Translations under genes and position numbers: made by a program
Shown: one piece after another, positions 29,306 through 37,505 of the stretch
Position numbering within the stretch: position 1 is the first letter of the stretch
How the letters are laid out: each line of letters starts with the position of its first letter
NCBI RefSeq assembly: GCF_944388365.1
Contig: NZ_CALXIN010000001.1
Location: 24,776 to 88,775, forward strand
Direction: 5' to 3'
DNA: 64,000 bases
Origin: an uncultured Negativibacillus sp.
Lineage (GTDB): Bacteria > Bacillota > Clostridia > Oscillospirales > Ruminococcaceae
Notes under the pieces: model-generated
Database searches by the model: none
Told to the model about the DNA's origin: nothing
What the model saw: the letters and a program-made list of their open reading frames with translations, nothing else

Positions 29306-30067
29306 ATGAAAGAAGCATGGGAGAAATGCAGTATCGAGCAAATTGTACGCGGTTGGTTTACCGATGCAGAAGGAAACCTGTGTTGTGTCGAATGTGGAAA
29401 GCAGTTTGATCCACAGGAAATTTTTGCAGTGGACGGAAAATTTTATACCGCACAGAAGGCAGTGGAGCTGCATCTGCAAAAGGAACATCCGCAGCGGTTG
29501 GAGGAGCTGCTTGAGCAGGAAAAAAAGCTGCTCTCGTTGACCGATAAGCAGGAACAGCTGCTGCTGTTGTTTTCGCAGGGAATTTCGGACCAGGAGATTG
29601 CCAGACAGAATGGCACAGCAGTCTCGACAGTCCGACACCAGCGCTTTGTTTTTCGGGAGAGGGCAAAGGCGGCAAAGATTTATCTGGCAGCCTGGGAAAT
29701 GATGCAGCAGGGCCGCAGAGAATCCCAGGGACATGAGGAACTGATTTCAATTCATGGAGGTGCTACAATGGTGGATTCCCGTTATGAAATCACGCAGCAG
29801 GAGGAACAGAAGATTTTGCAGGGAGCATTTTCCTCGCTCGATCCGCTCAAACTCAAGACGTTTTCGCCGAAGGAAAAGAAAAAGATTGTCATTCTGCGCA
29901 GGATTGCACAGCAGTTTACAGCCGGACAGCGTTATACCGAAAAGCAGGTTAACGAGGTGTTAAAGGAAATTTTTGACGATTATGTTACCCTCCGCCGTTA
30001 TCTGATCGAGTATGGATTTTTAAAGAGAGAAAAGGACGGCTCCGCCTATTGGAAGGAGCAGGAATAG
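29306..30067 (+). CDS. Putative regulator: LuxR/sigma-70-region-4-type HTH plus DUF2087
   Basis: 'LTDKQEQLLLLFSQGISDQEIARQNGTAVSTVRHQRF' and C-terminal 'RYTEKQVNEVLKEIFDDYVTLRRYLIEYGFLKRE'. Confidence 0.65.
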   Translation: MKEAWEKCSIEQIVRGWFTDAEGNLCCVECGKQFDPQEIFAVDGKFYTAQKAVELHLQKEHPQRLEELLEQEKKLLSLTDKQEQLLLLFSQGISDQEIARQNGTAVSTVRHQRFVFRERAKAAKIYLAAWEMMQQGRRESQGHEELISIHGGATMVDSRYEITQQEEQKILQGAFSSLDPLKLKTFSPKEKKKIVILRRIAQQFTAGQRYTEKQVNEVLKEIFDDYVTLRRYLIEYGFLKREKDGSAYWKEQE

Positions 30068-30277
30068 GGTTTTGGGACAGGCAGTTTTATTTAAAACGGC
30101 CTGTCCTTTTTGCATTGTTGAAAACTCGAGGGCAATCTGAACAACAAATCGGCGTAAAGGATGACAAAGTTTCGTGTAAAAAATGAAACAGCAATCGAGT
30201 TAGGGAGAGAAAACGAGCAAAACAAAGAGAATTTGAGAGATAGTGGGCTATAAATTAAAAAAACAGCAAGAAAGCCC

Positions 30278-30306
30278 TTGACAGCCGATTTTGAATTGGT
30301 TATAAT
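30278..30306 (+). promoter_or_regulatory. Sigma-A-type promoter of rplM-rpsI, followed by a ~90-nt structured leader
   Basis: TTGACA, 17 nt, TATAAT. The leader contains the hairpin tcatca...tgatga. It may be an L13-leader-type autoregulatory element, but that was not verified. Confidence 0.6.
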
Positions 30307-30396
30307 AGAGAACGTTGATTTGTCATCATTGGGATTTTTACGGAAAACCGATGATATAAATTGTATTCGATACAAAATAAACAGGAGGTAGTAAAC

Positions 30397-30819
30397 ATGT
30401 CTACAACAATGCCAAATGCACAGAACATCACTCGTAAATGGTATGTTATCGACGCTGCAGACAAGCCACTGGGCCGCACCGCTGCCAAAGCTGCTGACCT
30501 GCTCCGCGGCAAACATAAACCGACTTTTGCTCCACACGTTGACTGTGGTGACCACGTTATCATCATCAACGCTGAGAAAGCAGTCCTCACCGGTAAGAAA
30601 CTGGTTCAGAAGGTTCATTATCATCACTCCGGTTGGATCGGCGGCATGAAAGCCATCCGTTACGACAAACTGATGAAAGAGAACCCAGAAAAAGCAATGA
30701 TGCTGGCTGTTAAAGGAATGGTTCCAGACACCACCATCGGCAGACAGGCTCTGACCCGCTGCAGAATCTACAGAGGCAGCGAGCACAACCATGCTGCACA
30801 GAAACCAGAACAGCTCTAA
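30397..30819 (+). CDS. rplM: 50S ribosomal protein L13
   Basis: 'RKWYVIDAADKPLGRTAAKAADLLRGKHKPTFAPHVDCGDHVIIINA'. AGGAGG RBS. Confidence 0.96.
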   Translation: MSTTMPNAQNITRKWYVIDAADKPLGRTAAKAADLLRGKHKPTFAPHVDCGDHVIIINAEKAVLTGKKLVQKVHYHHSGWIGGMKAIRYDKLMKENPEKAMMLAVKGMVPDTTIGRQALTRCRIYRGSEHNHAAQKPEQL

Positions 30820-30841
30820 TTCGGAAGGAGGACAATGAATT

Positions 30842-31240
30842 ATGTACGAATCTAAAGCATATTTCTACGGAACTGGCAGAAGAAAACACTCTGTTTCCAG
30901 AGTAAGACTCTACCCAGGTACCGGTAAAGTTACCATCAACGACAGAGATATCGACGATTACTTCGGTCTGGATACTCTGAAAGTTATCGTTCGTCAGCCA
31001 TTTGAAGTTACCAACACTGCTGGTAAATTCGACGTTGTCTGCACCGTTCGTGGCGGCGGCGTTTCTGGTCAGGCTGGTGCTATCCGTCACGGTATCGCTC
31101 GCGCTCTGCTGCAGAACGGCGAAGAGATGCGTCCAGAACTGAAAAAAGCAGGTCTGCTGACCCGTGACCCAAGAATGAAAGAGCGTAAGAAGTACGGTCT
31201 CAAAGCTGCTCGTCGCGCTCCTCAGTTCTCCAAGAGATAA
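30842..31240 (+). CDS. rpsI: 30S ribosomal protein S9
   Basis: '[15 protein letters not shown]...[19 protein letters not shown]...[27 protein letters not shown]'. Confidence 0.96.
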   Translation: MYESKAYFYGTGRRKHSVSRVRLYPGTGKVTINDRDIDDYFGLDTLKVIVRQPFEVTNTAGKFDVVCTVRGGGVSGQAGAIRHGIARALLQNGEEMRPELKKAGLLTRDPRMKERKKYGLKAARRAPQFSKR

Positions 31241-31269
31241 TTTCCCATTTGGGGTTTTTATATCGCATC

Positions 31270-31304
31270 AAAAGCGTTTCCGATCTTCGGAAACGCTTTT
31301 TTTG
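31270..31304 (+). terminator. Rho-independent terminator
   Basis: aaaagcgtttccg-atct-tcggaaacgcttttttt. Confidence 0.8.
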
Positions 31305-31376
31305 TTGAAATAAATTGTACAAAGGGTATATACTATCAAGGAAAACACATATGACGATTGTGGAGAAGAAAATAAT

Positions 31377-32459
31377 ATGGAAAGAACAAGAAATTATGGA
31401 ATTGATCTGTTGCGCTTGGCATCTATGTTTTTTGTGGTAATGTTACATGTACTGGCACAAGGAGGCGTTCTGGAAAATGCGTCTGGAATTCAGTACGCAA
31501 TCAGCTGGTATATGGAAATAACAGCTTATTGTGCAGTTAATTGTTATGCGCTGATCAGTGGATATGTATGTTATCGGGAAGAGGAAACACCTTACAATTA
31601 TGCAGGTTATCTGGAATTTTGGATTCCAGTGTTTATTTATAGCTTTGGTATTACAGTGGCATTTTCTGTTTTTTGTCCACAAATGGTTGGAAGTGATGAA
31701 CTGCTTAAATCGGCATTACCAGTATCTTCAGCAAGATACTGGTATGTTAATGCATATACAGGACTTTTCTTTATCATTCCATGGCTTAATAAGTTGCTTC
31801 GAACAATTACAGAGCGGCAGCTTAATCGCCTGGTTTTGATGTTGTTTATTATATTTTCGGTTTTTCCTACATTCTCAAATATCTGGACAGATGTTTTTAG
31901 AATGTATGGTGGGTATAGTTTTGTGTGGCTAGTAATTTTATATGTTGTTGGAGCGTGGGTTAAGAAAAACAAAATCGATCAGAAAAAAAGAATGTTTTGG
32001 TGGTTAATAATAATCTTCATCTGTATCGGTGTAACATGGGCCGAAAAAATGCTCATAGGAAATCGTCCATCCAGGCTGGTATCTTATATGAGCTTTACAA
32101 TGGTGATAATATCGCTTGGTATGCTGATGATTTTTTCTCGTCTAAAACTTTCTTGTGGGATGGTTTCTGTTGTCAAAATATTTTCACCGGCAGCATTTGG
32201 AGTATACTTGATCCATACCCAGACTTTGGTGTGGAAATATGGGTTGAAGGATGCATTTTTGTGGATTGCACAATCCAAAGCCTGGTTACTGCCCTTGGAA
32301 GTTCTGGGGTGTACGCTAGGGATATTTGTAGTTTGTCCTATTACGGAAGTTTTGCGGAAAATAATTTTTAGAAAACTGGGATTGGATTGGTTAATTAAAA
32401 AGATTGAAGAAAGATGTAACGTTGCAGTAGGGAAATTAGTCTGCAGAATCTGTGATTAA
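31377..32459 (+). CDS. Acyltransferase-3 family membrane O-acyltransferase
   Basis: 360 aa, polytopic. 'YGIDLLRLASMFFVVMLHVL' is the typical N-terminus of the family. Confidence 0.75.
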   Translation: MERTRNYGIDLLRLASMFFVVMLHVLAQGGVLENASGIQYAISWYMEITAYCAVNCYALISGYVCYREEETPYNYAGYLEFWIPVFIYSFGITVAFSVFCPQMVGSDELLKSALPVSSARYWYVNAYTGLFFIIPWLNKLLRTITERQLNRLVLMLFIIFSVFPTFSNIWTDVFRMYGGYSFVWLVILYVVGAWVKKNKIDQKKRMFWWLIIIFICIGVTWAEKMLIGNRPSRLVSYMSFTMVIISLGMLMIFSRLKLSCGMVSVVKIFSPAAFGVYLIHTQTLVWKYGLKDAFLWIAQSKAWLLPLEVLGCTLGIFVVCPITEVLRKIIFRKLGLDWLIKKIEERCNVAVGKLVCRICD

Positions 32460-32538
32460 AAAGAATTAAAAAACCTTCTTGACGGGAGAATCACTTTTGG
32501 ATAAACTGAAAGTAACCCAAATAAAGGAGGGTGTTGTT

Positions 32539-32838
32539 GTGTTTTGTAGAAATTGTGGTCAACCAATCGACGAACATCAGCAGGTATGTCCGAATTGTGG
32601 AGCGTATCAGCAGCAGGGTCCGCAGACTCCGCCGGTAGTGGATAATGGCGGCATTGGATGGGGCATTCTGGGATGCTGTATCCCGATTGTAGGTCTGGTA
32701 CTGTTTTTAGTCTGGAAGGACACCAAGCCTCGTACAGCAAAAGCTGCCGGTATTGGTGCACTGGTAGCGGTGATTCTGTATGCCTTGTATTATTTGATTG
32801 TTTTTACCTCTGCGATAACGATTGGATTTTTGAGCTAG
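32539..32838 (+). CDS. Zinc-ribbon plus two-TM small membrane protein
   Basis: GTG start 6 nt after AAGGAGG. 'FCRNCGQPIDEHQQVCPNCG', then two hydrophobic helices. Confidence 0.6.
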   Translation: MFCRNCGQPIDEHQQVCPNCGAYQQQGPQTPPVVDNGGIGWGILGCCIPIVGLVLFLVWKDTKPRTAKAAGIGALVAVILYALYYLIVFTSAITIGFLS

Positions 32839-32841
32839 TCA

Positions 32842-33207
32842 ATGAGTGCATGGTTATATCGGTGGCTGCCGATTATCTTCGGCTGCCACTGTCGGAGTGA
32901 TCGCTCTTTTTTCTGGAAAGGAAGACAGTTTCCCATCTGTGCAAGGTGTACCGGTGAGCTGGTTGGAATTCTTTTTTCACCACTGATCCTGGTGCTGTGC
33001 GGCGTGCCGGACTGGAAACTGTGTGTCATACTGGCACTGCCGCTGGTGGCGGATGGATTTGCCCAGAAGCTGACCAGATATGAAAGCGGAAATCTGCGGC
33101 GGTTGGTAACAGGGATTCTGTTTGGCTGTGCACTGGCAGGATGGATTGTATTTTCCAGTCTGCAGGCTGCTCAAATGGGGTTTATCATTGGAAAGAATCT
33201 AAAATAA
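32842..33207 (+). CDS. DUF2085-family membrane protein
   Basis: 'CHCRSDRSFFWKGRQFPICARCTG'. Confidence 0.65.
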   Translation: MSAWLYRWLPIIFGCHCRSDRSFFWKGRQFPICARCTGELVGILFSPLILVLCGVPDWKLCVILALPLVADGFAQKLTRYESGNLRRLVTGILFGCALAGWIVFSSLQAAQMGFIIGKNLK

Positions 33208-33236
33208 AAAACGTCCTCATCAGAGAGGACGTTTTT
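33201..33236 (+). repeat. 36-nt terminator hairpin, copy 1 of a perfect direct repeat
   Basis: aaaataaaaaacgtcctcatcagagaggacgttttt, identical to 33584-33619. Confidence 0.9.
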
Positions 33237-33308
33237 TATTCTAATGTATCTATAATATATAAATCATCGTTGTAAATTTATGTTTTTACTGAATACAGGG
33301 GTTATAAT

Positions 33309-33506
33309 ATGGGATTTGTTTTAAAGAAAAAGAATCATAAAAAGGAGAAAGTAGTCTTTTCCATAAGGATCGATCGAGAATTGGCAGAACAGATCGAAAA
33401 GGCGATTACAAATACGGAAATTTCCCGCAATGAGTTCATCAGTCAAGCCATCGCGTATGCTTTGCAAAATATGGAAATAGATAGTGAGCAGGAAAATCAA
33501 CAGTAA
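33309..33506 (+). CDS. Ribbon-helix-helix (CopG/Arc-type) protein, 65 aa
   Basis: 'VVFSIRIDRELAEQIEKAI...ISRNEFISQAIAYAL' shows a beta-strand/helix/helix pattern. Confidence 0.65.
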   Translation: MGFVLKKKNHKKEKVVFSIRIDRELAEQIEKAITNTEISRNEFISQAIAYALQNMEIDSEQENQQ

Positions 33507-33583
33507 GTTTCGTTATAATACCTATTTTTCAATATGGCTTTATGGCGTTCTAAAAGCTGTCTGTAATAGTTCACCAACAATCA

Positions 33584-33619
33584 AAAATAAAAAACGTCCT
33601 CATCAGAGAGGACGTTTTT
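33584..33619 (+). repeat. 36-nt terminator hairpin, copy 2
   Basis: Identical to 33201-33236. Also placed to terminate the convergent gene 33648-33983. Confidence 0.9.
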
Positions 33620-33647
33620 CTTTTTGTATTTTATTATATAGAGAGTG

Positions 33648-33983
33648 TTAGAGTAATAAGCGATCGAGCTGTTCGGGATGCTGAAGAATATTTGGAAGAT
33701 CAACCCGCAACATGGACATAACGGCACAGCAAAAGTTGACCTGACTATCAAGTGTATACAGTTCCATTTCCCGAAGAGTGTTTAAAAAATCAGGATAAAA
33801 GGGTAAAGTGTTGCGAATATCGCTGTAATAGTCCCAGGGATCAGGCTTTTGTTGAGGACGTGAAATCTCAGAAAAATAGATAACGTTGCTTTTTTGCTGT
33901 TGTTCACGCTCAATCTGTTGCTTGAGTTTGTCCATCAGACCGCTGCGCTGGAAAAAATCAAGAATTTTTTCGGCGGTGGTCAT
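33648..33983 (-). CDS. Hypothetical protein (111 aa, acidic, no TM helix)
   Basis: ORF in an AT-rich islet, divergent from the RHH gene at 34133. No recognisable motif. Confidence 0.45.
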   Translation of the reverse strand: MTTAEKILDFFQRSGLMDKLKQQIEREQQQKSNVIYFSEISRPQQKPDPWDYYSDIRNTLPFYPDFLNTLREMELYTLDSQVNFCCAVMSMLRVDLPNILQHPEQLDRLLL

Positions 33984-34132
33984 AAGTCTTTCCCCCTTTT
34001 TTAATAACAGAACGTTTTCTTTAATATATCATGTTTTTATATATAAATCAAATACTTATAAGCAATAGCATATTTTAGCATATATCAATATATAATTATT
34101 TTATATATGATATAGATATCGAATAAAGGGGG

Positions 34133-34345
34133 ATGAATATGGAGTTTTTACCAGGAAAAGTAGAGAAAGTTTTGATCTCTTTAAGAATCGAAGAACCGTT
34201 TTTAAACAAGATTGATATGGCAGCAAACCAGTGGGCTCTTTCCAGAAATGAATTTATTTGTCAGGCGATTGCGTATGCAATGGAACATATGTCAGATAAA
34301 AAAGATGATGTAATAGAAATGGAAAACGATAGAAAATCTCGTTGA
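34133..34345 (+). CDS. Ribbon-helix-helix protein, paralog of 33309-33506
   Basis: 'VLISLRIEEPFLNKIDMAA...LSRNEFICQAIAYAM'. The ATG at 34139 has better spacing to GGGGG than the one at 34133. Confidence 0.6.
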   Translation: MNMEFLPGKVEKVLISLRIEEPFLNKIDMAANQWALSRNEFICQAIAYAMEHMSDKKDDVIEMENDRKSR

Positions 34346-34450
34346 TTTGGAAAACCAGAACGTGCTGAGGGACAAAATCATTGGGATTTTCCTGGCAAAA
34401 TACAGCGTGATAATGCGTTCCGCAGTTTGTATGGCAGCAAGTTTTTGAGT

Positions 34451-34479
34451 TTGACAATACATTCAAAAATGGATATAAT
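34451..34479 (+). promoter_or_regulatory. Sigma-A-type promoter
   Basis: TTGACA, 17 nt, TATAAT, all consensus. Lies ~80 nt upstream of the ATG at 34560. Confidence 0.6.
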
Positions 34480-34559
34480 AATCATGAAGTTCTCATCATA
34501 AATTTATGCAAGTTAAGGTTATTGTCCAATAAATTTTTTGAATGTAAGGAGAATGTAGT

Positions 34560-34847
34560 ATGAGAAAAGTTGTATTGTATGGAACAGGTACATGAGGCGG
34601 TTGTCCAGTAGTGAAAGAGGTTCTTTCCAAGAATGACATCAAGTACATGTATGTCGATGTATGTGAAAGCGTAGGAAAACTTAAGAGCTTTTTGAAGATT
34701 CGTGATACTTCCGAAGCTCACAAGGAAGCACGTGAATCCCACAGAGCTGGTATTCCATGCATCGTGATTGACGACGATGTTATTTTGGTCTCGGGTGCTG
34801 AACATATGCAGCAGCTGATTGATCAGTATCACCTGAAAGAAGAATAA
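34560..34847 (+). CDS. Glutaredoxin/NrdH-like small redox protein with in-frame UGA (putative selenocysteine) in a U-G-G-C motif
   Basis: ATG at 34560 lies 8 nt after AAGGAG. The translation is MRKVVLYGTGT-[TGA 34593-34595]-GGCPVVKEVLSKNDIKYMYVDV..., a beta1/redox-motif/alpha1 layout. The track ORF (34611, GTG) has no RBS and would lack the active site. Confidence 0.7.
34611..34629 (+). other. Candidate bacterial SECIS hairpin
   Basis: gaaaga-GGT-tctttc stem-loop. It starts 17 nt after the UGA and has GG in the apical loop. Confidence 0.4.
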
Positions 34848-34857
34848 GAAAAGACAA

Positions 34858-34903
34858 AATCCCCGTTGTCTGTGTGGTAAACGGACAACGGGGATTATTT
34901 TCT
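34858..34903 (+). terminator. Rho-independent terminator
   Basis: aatccccgttgtc...gacaacggggatt followed by a T-rich run. Confidence 0.75.
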
Positions 34904-34945
34904 TCAAAAAAACAGGACAAATTTTTACGTTTGTCCCGTTTTTAT

Positions 34946-36502
34946 TTATTTTGCATAATCAACAGCACGATTTTCGCGGATAATATTGACCTTAATCTGT
35001 CCTGGATATTCCAGTTCAGCTTCGATCTTGTTGACGATGTCGCGGGCAATAATTGCCATCTTGTCGTCAGTAATCACTTCTGGACGAACCATAATGCGAA
35101 TTTCACGTCCAGCCTGTACAGCAAAACATTTTTCAACGCCTTCAAAGGAGTTTGCAATTTCCTCCAGCTTTTCCAGACGCTTGATATAGTTTTCCAGGTT
35201 TTCACGTCTTGCACCAGGTCTTGCAGCGCTGATAGCATCTGCCGCCTGAACGATGCAGGCAACCAGGGTTTTTGGCTCTACGTCACCATGATGAGCTTCG
35301 ATTGCATGGATGACAGCAGGGCTTTCTTTATATTTTCTGGCAAGATCTACACCGATCTTGACATGGCTTCCTTCGATTTCGTGGGTCAGTGCTTTTCCGA
35401 TATCATGAATCAGACCGGCACGTTTTGCAGTAGCGACATCTGCGCCCAGTTCTGCGGCCATCACGCCGGCAAGGTGGGAAACTTCAATCGAGTGCTGCAG
35501 CACGTTCTGACCATAGCTGGAACGATAGCGCATCCGTCCGAGAAGTTTGATCATATCTGGATGCATACCGTGAACGTTGGTTTCCAGAACAGCACGTTCA
35601 CCGTCCTGCTTGATCTTGGTTTCAATTTCGCGGCGAGCGCGATCCACCATCTCTTCGATTCTGGCTGGGTGGATTCTTCCATCCTGAATCAGACGTTCCA
35701 GAGCGGTGCGGGCAATTTCACGTTTGACAGCATCGTGGCTGGACAGGGTGATTGCTTCAGGAGTGTCATCGATGATGAGGTCGACGCCGGTCAATGTTTC
35801 CAGTGTGCGGATGTTGCGTCCTTCACGGCCGATGATGCGACCTTTCATCTCATCATTTGGCAGCGGTACAACCGATACGGTTACCTCACCGACATAGTCG
35901 GATGCACATTTCTGAATGGCAGTAGCGATAATTTCTTTGGCTTTCTGCTCGGATTCGTCCTTGAACTTCTGTTCGTAAAGGTTGATCTTCAGTGCTTTTT
36001 CATGAATCAGCTCATTTTCCAGGCTGGACAGCAGGTATTCTTTTGCCTGCTCTGCGGTGTAGCCGGAAATCTTTTCCAGAATCTCAAACTGATTTGCCTT
36101 GATCTGGTTTGCTTCTTTGAGCTTGCCTTCAGCTTCTTTGATCTTGTTTTGCAGGGTTTCTTCTTTCTTTTCCAGGTTATCCAGCTTGCGGTCGACCGAT
36201 TCTTCCTTCTGCTGTACACGGCGTTCCAGACGCTGAACCTCGTTGCGGCGCTCTTTTACTTCCTTGTCGGCTTCGGTGCGCTGCTTGTGGATTTCGTCCT
36301 TTGCCTCGACCAGCGCCTCTTTCTTTTTAACCTCTGCGTCTTTAATCGCATCGCTGACGATACGTTTTGCTTCTTCTTCGGCGGTGCCAAGCTCTGCTTC
36401 GGCTACCTTTTTGCGATACTGGATTCCCAATGGGAATGCAATCGCAATACCTGCTGCCAGGGAAAGCAGAATGCAGGCAACATAACTGATAATGGATCCC
36501 AT
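34946..36502 (-). CDS. rny: Ribonuclease Y
   Basis: N-terminal TM helix '[20 protein letters not shown]', coiled coil, KH '[24 protein letters not shown]', HD '[18 protein letters not shown]...LIHDIGK'. ATG at 36502 with an AGGAGGAAG RBS. Confidence 0.95.
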   Translation of the reverse strand: MGSIISYVACILLSLAAGIAIAFPLGIQYRKKVAEAELGTAEEEAKRIVSDAIKDAEVKKKEALVEAKDEIHKQRTEADKEVKERRNEVQRLERRVQQKEESVDRKLDNLEKKEETLQNKIKEAEGKLKEANQIKANQFEILEKISGYTAEQAKEYLLSSLENELIHEKALKINLYEQKFKDESEQKAKEIIATAIQKCASDYVGEVTVSVVPLPNDEMKGRIIGREGRNIRTLETLTGVDLIIDDTPEAITLSSHDAVKREIARTALERLIQDGRIHPARIEEMVDRARREIETKIKQDGERAVLETNVHGMHPDMIKLLGRMRYRSSYGQNVLQHSIEVSHLAGVMAAELGADVATAKRAGLIHDIGKALTHEIEGSHVKIGVDLARKYKESPAVIHAIEAHHGDVEPKTLVACIVQAADAISAARPGARRENLENYIKRLEKLEEIANSFEGVEKCFAVQAGREIRIMVRPEVITDDKMAIIARDIVNKIEAELEYPGQIKVNIIRENRAVDYAK

Positions 36503-37138
36503 GAATGTTTCTTCCTCCTTTTTTGCGGATAGTTGCAAAGATGTTTTCAGGACAGGTGACTGCCTGGGGAAATTGTAACGTTGTTGCGAAACTGTTTTGC
36601 ACACAACAAAACGCGCGAACCGGACATGTCCACAAAAGGACAGGCTGTTCAGAGCAATCCCCAAAATCCAGGAGAAAGAGCCAATTTGGCAGTATTTTCG
36701 ATTTTCTTTTTACTATTTGTAATAAAAATAAAATAAACTCCAATTTGTAAGCAATCAAAAAGGTCAATTTATGCTCCAGAAGCTTAAAAAAGGAAAGACC
36801 GCTTTCGAACACAAATACAACGGATTGCCTGATTGGTGGAGAGTGCGAGGAGTTTTCGAAAATTATATCAATCTCAAATCATTTTAAGAATAGACTCTGA
36901 AAGATGTTTTGCTGATGCAGCAACAGAGCGATGCAACACAAAAAGCGCACGGTATCCCTGTTTTCTTACAGAAAAATCAGCTAACCACTTAAAAAAATCC
37001 GGCGGTGCCGGAAGGTTTGCAGACAGGCATACAAAGAACAGATGCGCTTTTATTATACATTTGCCAACACATTTTAGAACATGTGAAAGGTCTATATTCA
37101 TTTTATATGTTATGAGAAGAGTTGTCAAGAAATTTGTG

Positions 37139-37167
37139 TTGACATTTAAAGGTTTGGGTGGTAACAT
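37139..37167 (+). promoter_or_regulatory. Probable promoter of the T-box leader
   Basis: TTGACA, 17 nt, then tgg-TAACAT (extended -10 type). Confidence 0.45.
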
Positions 37168-37189
37168 GAAACTTAAAACAAAGAGAATA

Positions 37190-37456
37190 TCCCAAAATCA
37201 ATGAAAGGGACGCGCATTGGCAAAATTTTGTCGGACAGAGAGCGGGCACAGCAGCTGAAAGTGCCTGTGACAGAATGCTTTTGTGTACCACCCGGGAGAG
37301 CGTGTGAGCTTGCAATACAAGGAAAGCACGACGCAGCGGCAGCGTTACAGGCCGAAAATGAGAGATACATCTCTTTCAAGAGATGTATAATACGGGTGGA
37401 ACCGTGGAGTAGAAAAAATGCTTCATCCCTGATGATGGGATGGAGCTTTTTGTTTT
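37190..37456 (+). promoter_or_regulatory. T-box riboswitch leader (probable Thr specifier) with terminator
   Basis: AGAGAG bulge plus a GGCAC...GUGCC distal stem with a loop ending in CUGAAA. Stem III is acatctct/agagatgt. T-box core is AAUACGGGUGGAACCGUGG (37394-37407). The terminator is gcttcatccc/gggatggagc plus a U-run (37420-37456). ACC-A at 37287-37290 lies in an internal loop. Confidence 0.8.
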
Positions 37457-37505
37457 ATCTGCCCAAAACCGGCGATACTGATAAAAAGAAAAAAGGGGGA
37501 CGCCG

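Noticed and set aside
34347-34448. A possible ~33-codon ORF (TTG start overlapping the RHH stop; '...NQNVLRDKIIGIFLAKYSVIMRSAVCMAASF') as a small toxin partner of the RHH gene.
   Set aside because: There is no Shine-Dalgarno sequence, the start is non-ATG, and the ORF is too short to evaluate. It abuts the -35 box of the next promoter and cannot be supported from sequence alone.
37276-37278. UGC (Cys) after GAA in the upper internal loop as the T-box specifier.
   Set aside because: It is followed by U rather than the conserved purine, and it lies in the small upper loop. The regulated synthetase is thrS, and an ACC-A is available in the larger lower loop. This remains unproven without a covariance-model fold.
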